A stretch of DNA of 64,000 nucleotides from Gaiellaceae bacterium (GTDB taxonomy: Bacteria > Actinomycetota > Thermoleophilia > Gaiellales > Gaiellaceae), in contig JBIOYJ010000096.1 of assembly GCA_044870105.1 (NCBI GenBank), positions 16,126 through 80,125 of the forward strand. Direction: 5' to 3'. Every line of letters begins with the position of its first letter. The first letter of the stretch is position 1. A program made the translations under genes and the position numbers. The notes under the pieces are model-generated. The model was not told the origin of the DNA and made no database searches. It saw nothing but the letters and a program-made list of their open reading frames with translations. Below are positions 37,248-46,975 of this stretch, piece by piece.

Positions 37248-39755
37248 ATGCGCACGACCGCCGAGCTCCGCGAGGGCTTCCTCTCCTTCTTCGAGGAGAA
37301 GAAGCACGAGCGGCTGCCCTCAACACCTCTGATCCCTCCGCCGGAGGACACCTCGACGCTGTTGATCAGCGCCGGGATGCAACCGCTGAAGCCGTATTTC
37401 CTCGGCGTGAGGAAGCCGCCCTCGACGCTGCTGACGACCTATCAGAAGTGTTTCCGCGCAACGGACATCGACGAGGTGGGGCTCGACGGGTACCACCTCT
37501 CCTTCTTCGAGATGCTGGGCAACTTCTCGATCGGCGAGTACTTCAAGGAAGGCGCCGTCGAGCTCGCCTGGGAGTTCATGTTCGAGCACCTGAACATCGA
37601 CCTCGATTTCCTCTGGGTGAGCGTCTTTGCCGGCGATCCGGAGCTTCGCCTCGGCGAGGACGAGGTCGCGATTGCCGCGTGGGAGAAGGTCGGGATGCCC
37701 CGAGAGCGGATCGTCGGTTTGCCTCGTTCGGAGAACTTCTGGCAGGCGGGCGAGACCGGGCCCTGCGGCCCCTGCTCGGAGATGTATTACGACCGCGGCG
37801 AGGAGCTCTCGTGCGGCCGGCCCGACTGCGGCCCAGGCTGTACCTGCGAGCGCTACCTCGAGTTCTGGAATCTCGTCTTCATGGAGTTCGACCTCGGCGC
37901 GGACGGCATGCTCACGCCGCTGCCCAAGCCCGTCATCGACACCGGGCTCGGGCTCGAGCGTACGGCCACCGTCCTCCAGGGGGTCGTCTCGGCCTACGAG
38001 ACCGACGGGTTCCAGGAGATCATGGACTGGATCGAGTCCGAGAGCGGCGTCGCTTGGCGCAGCTCGGGCAAGGCGACGAAGGCGCACCGGATCATCGCCG
38101 ACCACGGTCGCGGGATGACCTTCCTCGTCTCCGACGGCGTGCTGCCTTCGAACGAGGGACGCGGGTACGTCCTCCGGCGTGTGATCCGCAGGGCGGTTCA
38201 GCAGGCCCGCGCCATCGGGCTTCCCGATCTATGGCGGATCTCGGAGATCGTCGCTGACCAGATGGCGTACTGGTATCCCGAGCTGGACGAGAACCGCGAG
38301 CGGGTCCAGGAGACGGTGAAGGCCGAAGAGGAGCGCTTTTCCCAGACGCTCGAGCGGGGCCTCAAGCTCTTCGAGGAGGTGGCGGCCGGCGACGGGATCT
38401 CCGGCGAGGACGCTTTCCGCCTGCACGACACGTACGGTTTTCCGTTCGAGCTCACGCGAGAGCTCGCTGCCGAGCGCGGCCTCGTCGTCGATGAGGAGGA
38501 GTTCACGCGCCTGATGACCGAGCAGCGCGAGCGCTCCCGCGTCTCTACGGCCGACGTCGCGATCGCGCTCGACGGTTCACGGCCAACCGAATTCGTCGGC
38601 TACGAGAAGACGGACGTCCTGACCGCGATCATCGCCCACGAAGATCTCGGGGACGGCACGTTTCAGGCGAAGCTCGAGCAGTCGCCCTTCTACCCCGAGG
38701 GCGGCGGACAGGTGTCGGACACCGGCTACATCGAGAACGAGGAGAACGGAGCCCGGGCCGAGGTGATCAGGGCGGCGCGGCTCGAGGACGACCAAGTACT
38801 CACCTTCAAGGGGGAGGGGTTCAACGAAGGAGACCGCGTGCGGGCCGTCGTGCCGTGGTCGGTCCGCTTCCCGACGATGACGAATCACACGGCGACGCAT
38901 CTCCTTCACAGGGCGCTGCAGGTCGTTCTCGGCGACCACGTACGTCAGGCAGGTTCCGCGGTGAGGCCTGAAAAGCTGCGCTTCGACTTCACCCACGGGC
39001 AGCCGCTGACGACCGAGCAGCGGACCGCGATCGAGGAGCTCGTGAACGAGAAGATCTTCGAGAACCATCCCGTACGCGCTTACATCACGCCGATCGACGA
39101 AGCGCGCAGGCTCGGGGCGATGATGCTGTTCGGCGAGAAGTACGGCGAGGAAGTCCGGGTGATCGAGATCGACGAGTTCTCCCGGGAGCTCTGCGGAGGG
39201 ACGCATGTGCGCGCGACGGCCGAGATCGGCCCGTTCGTAATCCTCTCGGAGTCGTCGATCGGCGCGGGAACGAGGCGGATCGAGGCGATCACCTCCGGCG
39301 AGGCATTTGCCCACCTGCGTGCTCGCGCGCACGATGCGGAAGAGCTGCGCGAGGAGCTGGCGAAGCAGCGGAAAGAGGCGACAGGGAAGACCGTGGCCGG
39401 CGAGGCCGAGATCACGTACCGCGACGAGTCGGGCGGGATCGTGGTGGCCGAGGTGAAGGCGATGAAGGGGCCCGAGCTGCGGGATCTCTCCGATCGGATT
39501 CGGCAGGCGAAGAACGCGACCGCTGTGCTCCTGGGGTCCGTGGACAACGGTCGCGCCTACCTCGTCGTCAACATCGACCGGTCGCTCGTCGATCAGGGCG
39601 TCGACGCCGTCTCCGTCGCCCGCGAGGCGGCGAAGAAGATCGGCGGCGGCGGGGGCGGCCGTCCGAACCTCGCTGAGGCGGGCGGGAAGAATCCGGAAGG
39701 ACTCGCAGCGGCGTACGAGGTCGGCAAGAGCGAGATCGCGTCGGCGCTTTCGTGA
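37248..39755 (+). CDS. alaS: alanyl-tRNA synthetase
   Basis: Characteristic N-terminus (ELREGFLSFFEEKKH), editing-domain HTATHLL, C-terminal GGGGGRPNLAEAGG; ATG preceded by TAGAAT-N7. Confidence 0.95.
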   Translation: MRTTAELREGFLSFFEEKKHERLPSTPLIPPPEDTSTLLISAGMQPLKPYFLGVRKPPSTLLTTYQKCFRATDIDEVGLDGYHLSFFEMLGNFSIGEYFKEGAVELAWEFMFEHLNIDLDFLWVSVFAGDPELRLGEDEVAIAAWEKVGMPRERIVGLPRSENFWQAGETGPCGPCSEMYYDRGEELSCGRPDCGPGCTCERYLEFWNLVFMEFDLGADGMLTPLPKPVIDTGLGLERTATVLQGVVSAYETDGFQEIMDWIESESGVAWRSSGKATKAHRIIADHGRGMTFLVSDGVLPSNEGRGYVLRRVIRRAVQQARAIGLPDLWRISEIVADQMAYWYPELDENRERVQETVKAEEERFSQTLERGLKLFEEVAAGDGISGEDAFRLHDTYGFPFELTRELAAERGLVVDEEEFTRLMTEQRERSRVSTADVAIALDGSRPTEFVGYEKTDVLTAIIAHEDLGDGTFQAKLEQSPFYPEGGGQVSDTGYIENEENGARAEVIRAARLEDDQVLTFKGEGFNEGDRVRAVVPWSVRFPTMTNHTATHLLHRALQVVLGDHVRQAGSAVRPEKLRFDFTHGQPLTTEQRTAIEELVNEKIFENHPVRAYITPIDEARRLGAMMLFGEKYGEEVRVIEIDEFSRELCGGTHVRATAEIGPFVILSESSIGAGTRRIEAITSGEAFAHLRARAHDAEELREELAKQRKEATGKTVAGEAEITYRDESGGIVVAEVKAMKGPELRDLSDRIRQAKNATAVLLGSVDNGRAYLVVNIDRSLVDQGVDAVSVAREAAKKIGGGGGGRPNLAEAGGKNPEGLAAAYEVGKSEIASALS

Positions 39756-40147
39756 GGGTGCTGGCGCTGGACTACGGGTCGGCGCGGACCGGGGTGGCAG
39801 TCTCAGATCCAAGCGGCACGATCGCGCGCCCGGTCGGCGTCGTCGAGAACGCCGCGAGCGAGGACGGGCTCGCACGGCTCGCGGAGCTCGTTCGTGCCCA
39901 CGAGGCCGAGCGGATCGTCGTCGGCCTCCCGTTGACGATGCGCGGCTCGCGCGGCGAGCAGGCCGAGGAGACCGAGCGGTTCGTGGAGGCGCTGCGCGCC
40001 ATCGTGGCCGTTCCCGTCGAGAGCTTCGACGAGCGCTTCACGTCCGACCTGGCCGGGCGAGACCAAGCTCCGGCCGCGGCCGAGGACGCGCGGGCGGCTG
40101 CACATCTCCTGACGAGCTACCTGGCGTGGTCGAGCGGCGAGGAATGA
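39752..40147 (+). CDS. ruvX: Holliday junction resolvase-like RuvX/YqgF
   Basis: MRVLALDYGSARTGVAVSD; GTG overlaps alaS stop. Confidence 0.85.
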   Translation: MRVLALDYGSARTGVAVSDPSGTIARPVGVVENAASEDGLARLAELVRAHEAERIVVGLPLTMRGSRGEQAEETERFVEALRAIVAVPVESFDERFTSDLAGRDQAPAAAEDARAAAHLLTSYLAWSSGEE

Positions 40148-41037
40148 TCCCGCCCCAGCCGCGCCCCCCGGAGCGGCGGGAGCCGCCTCACGGCGTGGTG
40201 TTGCGACGGCGGCTGGTGGCTCTCGGCCTGCTTGCGGCCGGGGTGATTGCAGCGGGGTTCGCGATCGCGAGCGTCCGCGGCGACAAGAAGGCGCCGCCTG
40301 CGACGACGGCGGCCGTGGCACCCTCGTTCAAGGTCATCTTCCCGGAGGGCTTCACGCGCAGCGACATGGCGGAGCGGATCACGGAGGTGAGCAAGATCGC
40401 CGAGGACGAGCGCGGCGTGACGCCTCGCCTGTCCGCCCGGGCTTACGTGGCCGCGACGCGGCGCGTGTACCCCTTTGCCGGCTTCGGCCGCGCTCGGCCG
40501 GCCGAGGGCTTTCTCTTCCCGGCGACCTACGAGTTCACGGCTCGTACGACCTCGGCTCAGCTCGCAGCCGAGCAGCTCGAGACGTTCCGCACGAGCTGGG
40601 GGAGCGTCAACCTACGCTATGCACGCTCGAAGAACCTGACGCCGTACGACGTCCTGATCATCGCGTCGTTGGTCGAGAAGGAGGCGGCAGCGCCGGAGGA
40701 GCGCGGCAAGATCGCGCGCGTCATCTACAACCGGCTCCACCACGGGATGGTGCTCGGCATCGACGCGGCGATCAGGTACGGCTTCGGTGTTCCGGCGACC
40801 GAGTCGCTGCGCGAATCGCAGCTGAACGACGCCTCGAACCCGTACAACACGCGCCGCCGCGCAGGGCTTCCGCCCACGCCGATCGCAAATCCCGGCCTCG
40901 CCTCCATCCAGGCCGCCGCTCACCCCGAGCCGGGCGACTGGCTCTTCTTCGTCCGCAAGCCCGACAAGCAGCATCACTTCTTCACCGCGAGCGAGCGCGA
41001 GTTCGAGAGCTACAAGAAGGCGCACGGCTACAAGTGA
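40144..41037 (+). CDS. mltG: endolytic murein transglycosylase MltG (YceG family)
   Basis: ATG 40144 overlaps ruvX stop (ATGA); TM anchor; YNTRRRAGLPPTPIANPG signature. Confidence 0.8.
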   Translation: MIPPQPRPPERREPPHGVVLRRRLVALGLLAAGVIAAGFAIASVRGDKKAPPATTAAVAPSFKVIFPEGFTRSDMAERITEVSKIAEDERGVTPRLSARAYVAATRRVYPFAGFGRARPAEGFLFPATYEFTARTTSAQLAAEQLETFRTSWGSVNLRYARSKNLTPYDVLIIASLVEKEAAAPEERGKIARVIYNRLHHGMVLGIDAAIRYGFGVPATESLRESQLNDASNPYNTRRRAGLPPTPIANPGLASIQAAAHPEPGDWLFFVRKPDKQHHFFTASEREFESYKKAHGYK

Positions 41038-41726
41038 GCCTGGTCGGCCTACTGGGCCGGCCCGTGGCCGATTCCCTCTCTCCTAGGATGCAGAACGCGG
41101 CCTTCGCCGCCCGGGCGCTCGACTGGACGTATGTGGCGCTCGAGGTCGAGCCGGAACGGCTGCCCCAGGCGGTGGCCGGCCTCGTCGCGCTCGGCTTCGC
41201 GGGCGCGAACGTGACCATCCCGCACAAGCAGGCCGTGGTCGCGCTCTGCGACGAGGCAGACGAAAAGTCTGTGAACACGCTCGTGATCCGCGACGGGCGC
41301 GTGCTCGGGTTCAACACCGACCGCAAGATCGTGGAGGGGATCGAGGCGAAGCGGGTTTGCTTGATCGGAGCCGGCGGTGCGGCCGAGGCGCTTCTGCCGG
41401 CGCTGTCGGGCGACGTCGGTTTGTTTTCGCGCAAAGGCGACTGGCCTCCCGATGCGGCCCGTGCCGACCTGATCGTCAACGCGACGCCCGTGCGCGACGA
41501 GCTGCTCGTCGAGCCGAGGGCGGGGCAGACGGTGGTCGATCTCGCCTACTACGCGGACGGCCGCCCGACGGCGCTGGTGGCGGCAGCGCGCGCGGCCGGC
41601 TGCGAGGTCGTCGACGGACTCGAGGCGCTCGTTCGCCAGGGCGCGCCGGCGTTCGAGCTGTGGACCGGGGTGCCCGCTCCCACAGACGTCATGCGGGCGG
41701 CGGTTCGTCCTACGCTTGCGCCGTGA
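41034..41726 (+). CDS. aroE: shikimate dehydrogenase (short form)
   Basis: SLSPRMQNAAF, NVTIPHK, GAGGAA; GTG overlaps mltG stop. Confidence 0.75.
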   Translation: MSLVGLLGRPVADSLSPRMQNAAFAARALDWTYVALEVEPERLPQAVAGLVALGFAGANVTIPHKQAVVALCDEADEKSVNTLVIRDGRVLGFNTDRKIVEGIEAKRVCLIGAGGAAEALLPALSGDVGLFSRKGDWPPDAARADLIVNATPVRDELLVEPRAGQTVVDLAYYADGRPTALVAAARAAGCEVVDGLEALVRQGAPAFELWTGVPAPTDVMRAAVRPTLAP

Positions 41727-42802
41727 CCCTCGCTCTCGTCACCGCAGGCGAATCACACGGCCCGGCGCTCGCTGCGATCGTGACCGGCCTTCCCGCGGGG
41801 CTCGTCCTCGACCGGGATGCGATCAACGACGACCTGCGGCGCCGGCAGCAGGGCTACGGCCGCAGCCCCCGGCAACAGATCGAGACGGACGAGGTAGAGG
41901 TGATCGCCGGCCTGCGGCATGGGCGGACGCTCGGGTCGCCGCTCGCGCTCGTGGTGCGGAACCGCGACCACGTGAACTGGGCGTCGGGGATGAGCCCGTG
42001 GCCGCCCGAGGATGCGGCCGAGGGCAAGGGCTCGAACCCCGTCACGCTGCCGCGGCCCGGTCACGCCGATCTCGCCGGCTTCATGAAATTCGGCCTCGAG
42101 GACGTACGCGACGCGCTCGAGCGTGCGAGCGCGCGGCAGACCGCCGTCGCGGTCGCGGCGGGCGCGGTGGCAAAGGCGCTCATCCGCGAATTGGACGTCG
42201 AAGTCGAGGGACGGGTAGTGACGGAAGACCTCGAGCGGCGAATCGACGAAGCGCGCGGTGAGCGTGACACGGTCGGCGGGGTCGTCGAGGTGCGGGCCCG
42301 CGGCGTCCCCCCGGGGCTCGGTTCCTACGCGACGAAGGAGGAGCGTCTGGACGCCCGGCTTGCCGGGGCGCTGATGGGGATCCAGGCGGTGAAGGGCGTG
42401 GAGATCGGCGCGGGCTTCGAGCTTGCAGACCTCCGAGGCTCGGAGGCGCACGACGAGATCCTGCGCGACGAGCGCGGCCTCTACCGCGAGACGAATCGAG
42501 CCGGGGGCATCGAAGGGGGCGTCTCGAACGGCGAGGAGGTCGTCGTTCGGGCGGCGATGAAGCCGCTGCCGACGCTGATGCGGCCGCTCGCCTCGGTCGA
42601 TCTCGAGACCGGCGAGGCCGCGGAGGCGCTGGTGGAGCGGAGCGACGTCGCCGCCGTCGAGGCGCTCGCGGTGGTCGCCGAGGCCGCCGTGGCGTTCGAG
42701 CTGGCCCGAGCAGCGCGCGAGAAGTTTGGCGGCGATTCGCTCGGCGACTTCGTCGCCGCGCATCGGGCGTACGTGGAGCGGATCGACTGGTCACTCCGAT
42801 AG
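41723..42802 (+). CDS. aroC: chorismate synthase
   Basis: GTG 41723 overlaps aroE stop; TAGESHGPAL, RPGHADL motifs. Confidence 0.9.
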   Translation: MTLALVTAGESHGPALAAIVTGLPAGLVLDRDAINDDLRRRQQGYGRSPRQQIETDEVEVIAGLRHGRTLGSPLALVVRNRDHVNWASGMSPWPPEDAAEGKGSNPVTLPRPGHADLAGFMKFGLEDVRDALERASARQTAVAVAAGAVAKALIRELDVEVEGRVVTEDLERRIDEARGERDTVGGVVEVRARGVPPGLGSYATKEERLDARLAGALMGIQAVKGVEIGAGFELADLRGSEAHDEILRDERGLYRETNRAGGIEGGVSNGEEVVVRAAMKPLPTLMRPLASVDLETGEAAEALVERSDVAAVEALAVVAEAAVAFELARAAREKFGGDSLGDFVAAHRAYVERIDWSLR

Positions 42803-42831
42803 CGGAGAAGCACGTCGCGCTGATCGGCTTC

Positions 42832-44139
42832 ATGGGCGCCGGGAAGTCGACGCTCGGGCGCGAGGTCGCGGAACGGCTCGGTCGGCCCTTCGTCGAGATC
42901 GATGCGGTCGTCGAACGCGAGGGACCGATACCCGAGCTCTTCGAGCGCGGAGTCTTCCGAGAGCACGAGGAGCGAGCCGTGCTTTCGACCCTCGACGGTA
43001 CAAGGGCGGTGATCGCGCTCGGCGGCGGCGCGGTCGAGACGTCGGCCATCCGGGAGGCGCTGCGCGAACGCGCCCTGACCGTCTTGGTCGAGATCGATGT
43101 CGACGCCGCTTGGGCGCGAGTTCGGGGCAGTGACCGTCCTCTGGCGCAGGACGAAGCCGAATTCCGCCGTCTGTACGAGCAGCGCCTGCCGCTCTACGGC
43201 GAGGCCGCCGATGCCCGCGCGCGCGATGCCGACGACGTTGTCCTGGCCGCCGGGGCCGTGTCCAGGGGTCTGACCCCTAGGCATGGCCCGGTTGAGCTCG
43301 TCGCGGACGAGCGGGTCCTCGAGCTCCACGCTCCGCCCATTGAGGCGCCGGCGCACAGGCTGCCGCCGGGCGAGGAAGCGAAGTCGATCGGCGTCGTGGA
43401 ACGGCTCTGGCGCCACCTTCGTCTCGAACGCGACGGGACACTTGTCGCCTTCGGCGGCGGCTCCACGACCGACGCGGCGGGCTTCGTCGCCGCCACCTAT
43501 CTCCGCGGTGTCGACTGGGTTGCCGTGCCGACGACGCTCGTGGGCCAGGTCGACGCCGCGATCGGTGGCAAGACGGCAATCAATCTCCCGGAGGGGAAAA
43601 ACCTCGTCGGCGCGTTCCATTGGCCCGTCGAAACCGTGCTCGACCCGAAGCTGCTCGAGACGCTCCCTGAGCGCGAGCGCCGGGCCGGGATGGCCGAGGT
43701 CGTGAAGACCGGCCTGCTCGCGGGCGAATCGTTCTGGGAATTGCCGGACGCAGAGCTCGTTCGCCGCTGCGCCGCGTACAAGACGGCGCTTTGTCTGCGG
43801 GACCCGTACGATCGAGGGCCGCGGCGACTGCTCAACCTCGGGCACACGTTCGCGCACGCGCTCGAGGCGGCGAGCGAGTACTCCGTGCCACACGGCGACG
43901 CGGTCGCGCTCGGTCTGCTGGCGGCGCTGCATGTCTCCGGCCAGGCCACCGAAGCCGTCGAGGAGTTGCTTCATCCGCGCCGGGTCCGCGTCGACCCCGA
44001 GCGCGCCTGGGCGGCCCTGAAGCGCGACAAGAAAGGCGAGGGCGTCTTCGTCCTGCTCGAGGCGCCGGGCAGAGCGGTCGTGACCACCCTGCCGGACGCA
44101 GACGCACGCCGCGCGCTCGACGAGCTGATCGCCGACTAG
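42832..44139 (+). CDS. aroKB: bifunctional shikimate kinase / 3-dehydroquinate synthase (start probably upstream, non-canonical)
   Basis: Walker A GFMGAGKST at the very start, then DHQ synthase motifs (GGGSTTDAAGF, GGKTAINLPEGKN, LNLGHTFAHA). See finding on the start codon. Confidence 0.8.
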   Translation: MGAGKSTLGREVAERLGRPFVEIDAVVEREGPIPELFERGVFREHEERAVLSTLDGTRAVIALGGGAVETSAIREALRERALTVLVEIDVDAAWARVRGSDRPLAQDEAEFRRLYEQRLPLYGEAADARARDADDVVLAAGAVSRGLTPRHGPVELVADERVLELHAPPIEAPAHRLPPGEEAKSIGVVERLWRHLRLERDGTLVAFGGGSTTDAAGFVAATYLRGVDWVAVPTTLVGQVDAAIGGKTAINLPEGKNLVGAFHWPVETVLDPKLLETLPERERRAGMAEVVKTGLLAGESFWELPDAELVRRCAAYKTALCLRDPYDRGPRRLLNLGHTFAHALEAASEYSVPHGDAVALGLLAALHVSGQATEAVEELLHPRRVRVDPERAWAALKRDKKGEGVFVLLEAPGRAVVTTLPDADARRALDELIAD

Positions 44140-44148
44140 AGTGGCCGC

Positions 44149-44577
44149 GTGCGGATCGCCGTTCTAAACGGCGTCAACCTTGACGTCATCGACCGTCGTG
44201 ATCCGAACGTCTACGGCGCGCTGACGCTGAACCAGCTCGAGACGCGAATCTACGAATGGGCGCGCGAGCTCGACCTCGTCGCCGACTGTCGGCAGACGAA
44301 CCTCGAGGGTCTGTTCGTGGCGTGGTGCCACGACGCACTCGATTGGGCGCGAGGCGTGGTCGTCAATCCCGGGGCGTGGACGCACTACAGCTATGCGATC
44401 CACGACGCACTCGAGCTGTTCCAGGTACCGGTCGTCGAAGTCCACCTGTCGAACATCGAGGAGCGCGAGGAGTGGCGGAGGAAGTCGGTGATCTCCGACG
44501 TCGTCGTGAAGAGGATCATCGGTAAGGGGCCGGAGGGTTACCGGGAGGCACTCGAGTTCCTGGTGGACCAGCGATGA
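44149..44577 (+). CDS. aroQ: type II 3-dehydroquinate dehydratase
   Basis: RIAVLNGVNLD..., NPGAWTHYS, EVHLSNI; GTG preceded by TAGAGT-N6 (TAG = aroKB stop). Confidence 0.9.
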   Translation: MRIAVLNGVNLDVIDRRDPNVYGALTLNQLETRIYEWARELDLVADCRQTNLEGLFVAWCHDALDWARGVVVNPGAWTHYSYAIHDALELFQVPVVEVHLSNIEEREEWRRKSVISDVVVKRIIGKGPEGYREALEFLVDQR

Positions 44578-45611
44578 ACGAGCGGGTGGAGCGGCTCCGG
44601 GCGTCGCTGGAAGAGCCGCTGCTCGTCACGAACCCGCAGAGCGTCTACTACCTGGCCGGCTTTCGCAGTACGAATGCAGCGCTGCTGATCGACAGCGACT
44701 GCGTCCGGCTGTTCACGGACTTCCGTTATGCGGAGCGCGCCGCCGAGGTCGAGGGCGTCGAGTTCACGGAGACTCCTCGGTCGCTGTACAAGGAGCTCGC
44801 ACGACTGCTCTCCGGCCGGATCGGCTTCGAGCCGGCTCACGTCACCTTCGCGAACTTCGAGACGCTGCGCGCCGGGGGTATCGACCTCGTCCCGCGGTAC
44901 GGGGTGGTCGAGGCCTTACGCGTGGTCAAGGACGACGGTGAGCGCGACATCATCCGGCGCGCTGCCGCGATCACGGATCAGGCCTACGAGCGGCTCGCCG
45001 AGGAGCCGTTCGTCGGGCGGACCGAGCGCGAGCTCGCGTGGCGGATGAACGAGCTGTTTCACGAGCTCGGCGCCGAGGAGCCTGCCTTTCCCACCATCGT
45101 CGCGGCCGGTCCAAACGGCTCACGGCCCCACGCCGACACGGGCGACCGGGCGATCGAGCAAGGGCAGATGATCGTGATCGACGCCGGCGCGAAGGTCGAT
45201 TCCTACTGCTCGGACTGCACTCGTACGTTCTCCGCGGGAGCCCCGCCCGACGACCTCCGGCGCGCCTATGAGGTTTGCCTGGAGGGGCAGCGGAAGGCGG
45301 TGGACGCCGTGGTGGCCGGTGAGGCCGCAACCGAGGTCGACGCGGCGGCGCGCGGGCCGATCACGGACGCGGGACTCGGGGACAACTTCCGGCACGGCCT
45401 CGGCCACGGCGTCGGACTGGACGTCCACGAGGCGCCGCGGCTCGCGGTCGACTCGACGGATTCGCTGGCCGCGGGGCACGTCGTCACGATTGAGCCGGGC
45501 ATCTACCTCCCGGGTCTCGGCGGCGTCCGCATCGAGGATCTCGTGCTCGTCACGGACGATGGCCCGGAGGTCCTCAGCGCGTACACGAAGGCGCTGGTGA
45601 CGGTCGCGTGA
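44574..45611 (+). CDS. pepP: Xaa-Pro aminopeptidase (M24B)
   Basis: ATGA overlap with aroQ; DAGA...D, HGLGHGVGLDVHE, IEPG, RIED metal-ligand motifs. Confidence 0.8.
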   Translation: MNERVERLRASLEEPLLVTNPQSVYYLAGFRSTNAALLIDSDCVRLFTDFRYAERAAEVEGVEFTETPRSLYKELARLLSGRIGFEPAHVTFANFETLRAGGIDLVPRYGVVEALRVVKDDGERDIIRRAAAITDQAYERLAEEPFVGRTERELAWRMNELFHELGAEEPAFPTIVAAGPNGSRPHADTGDRAIEQGQMIVIDAGAKVDSYCSDCTRTFSAGAPPDDLRRAYEVCLEGQRKAVDAVVAGEAATEVDAAARGPITDAGLGDNFRHGLGHGVGLDVHEAPRLAVDSTDSLAAGHVVTIEPGIYLPGLGGVRIEDLVLVTDDGPEVLSAYTKALVTVA

Positions 45612-46954
45612 GGAGCCGGCTCCTTCTGGCGGCGGCAGCGGCACTGGTTGTTTGCGCGACCGCTTCCGCAGAGCTGGTCGCTCCCGGCGTCGAGGACGGG
45701 CTCGTCGCAGTCACGCCGAACGGAGCCGCCGTGGTCTCGTTCTTCCGCGGCGACCAGCTGATCGTCCGGACGCGGGGTGCGGCGGGCCGGTGGCGGACCG
45801 ATCGGATCGCGCGCTTTCCAGCGAAGTCGAGCCTCGTCGGGCTGCGTGCAGGAGCCTCCGGAGCGGTGTTGGTCGTCGTCGGTCCCAGCCCACGAACGCT
45901 GTCGCTCGTGCGGCGGCACGGTGCCCGCTGGCAGGTCGTGCCGGTCGTCGGCCGCCTGCGCAGCGATGTGGTTCTCGGCTGGCCCGGTCTCGCGCTCGAC
46001 GGGCAAGGCCTACCCCTCGTCGCCTTCACGAGGTGGAACACGCGCACGCGCCTCAGCTCTCTCGTGCTCGCCCGCGTCGGAGCCGGCGGGCAAGTCCGTT
46101 ACCGGCGAATCACGGCCGGCGGCTTTCCCAAGAGCTTCGTCGCGCCGCCGGCGGCGCCGGTCGTCATGCCCGGCGGCACGGTGCACGTGGTCGAGTCGTA
46201 CGGGATCGACGGCGCCGTAGGCACGATCGATTGGACCCGCAGCCGTCGGACGTGGAGCGGCCAGTTCATCGACGGCGGTTACGGCGACTTTCCGATCGGC
46301 CCGTTGTTTGCCGCGCTCGGCCCCCGCCGAACGATCTACGCGGCCTGGACCGCGGCTTTCCTCGGAACCGGCGACTTCCCGGTGACCCTCGCGACCCGGG
46401 GGCGGTCGATCGACTCGAACTTCGTCCTCAACCGGGCGCTCACGACCGGTCTCGCGTTCACGACCCGCGGGGCGGAGGTCGGGGCGAACGAATGGGTCAG
46501 TGCGGGTGAGGCCGGTCTCGACGGCAGCGCCACGACCTGGGCCGCGAGGCTCGTGGGTCGTGGTCGTGCGAGCACCGAGCTCGACGGCTGGATCGCCGGG
46601 CTCGCAGGCACGGGAGCGTCGCGGGACGTTCTGCTCTCCGGCCCGGCGGGGTTGTCCTGGTTCCGTTCGCGCGCGCCGCTGGCCACCCGCGTCACCTTGA
46701 ACGCAACGCCTCGGGCCGACGGGTCGGTGCTGCTGACCGGCACGGTCCGCGGTGCCGCGGGTGGAACGGTCACGCTGTACCGGGAGCGCCCGGGGGCGCG
46801 CCGGCGCCTCGCCGGCGGAGCACTCATCGCCCCAGGCGGGGCCTTCGCTCTGGTCGACAGGCCTGCGTCGCGACCACTGCTCTACCGGGCCGTCTATGCG
46901 GATCCGGCGAGCGGCCTGCCCTACGCGGCGCTGCTCCGCCAGCCCGTCGAATGA
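45608..46954 (+). CDS. hypothetical secreted protein
   Basis: GTGA overlap with pepP; signal peptide MRSRLLLAAAAALVVCATASA; beta-rich body, no family recognised. Confidence 0.5.
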   Translation: MRSRLLLAAAAALVVCATASAELVAPGVEDGLVAVTPNGAAVVSFFRGDQLIVRTRGAAGRWRTDRIARFPAKSSLVGLRAGASGAVLVVVGPSPRTLSLVRRHGARWQVVPVVGRLRSDVVLGWPGLALDGQGLPLVAFTRWNTRTRLSSLVLARVGAGGQVRYRRITAGGFPKSFVAPPAAPVVMPGGTVHVVESYGIDGAVGTIDWTRSRRTWSGQFIDGGYGDFPIGPLFAALGPRRTIYAAWTAAFLGTGDFPVTLATRGRSIDSNFVLNRALTTGLAFTTRGAEVGANEWVSAGEAGLDGSATTWAARLVGRGRASTELDGWIAGLAGTGASRDVLLSGPAGLSWFRSRAPLATRVTLNATPRADGSVLLTGTVRGAAGGTVTLYRERPGARRRLAGGALIAPGGAFALVDRPASRPLLYRAVYADPASGLPYAALLRQPVE

Positions 46955-46975
46955 CAACCTAGACTGGGTCGCTCC

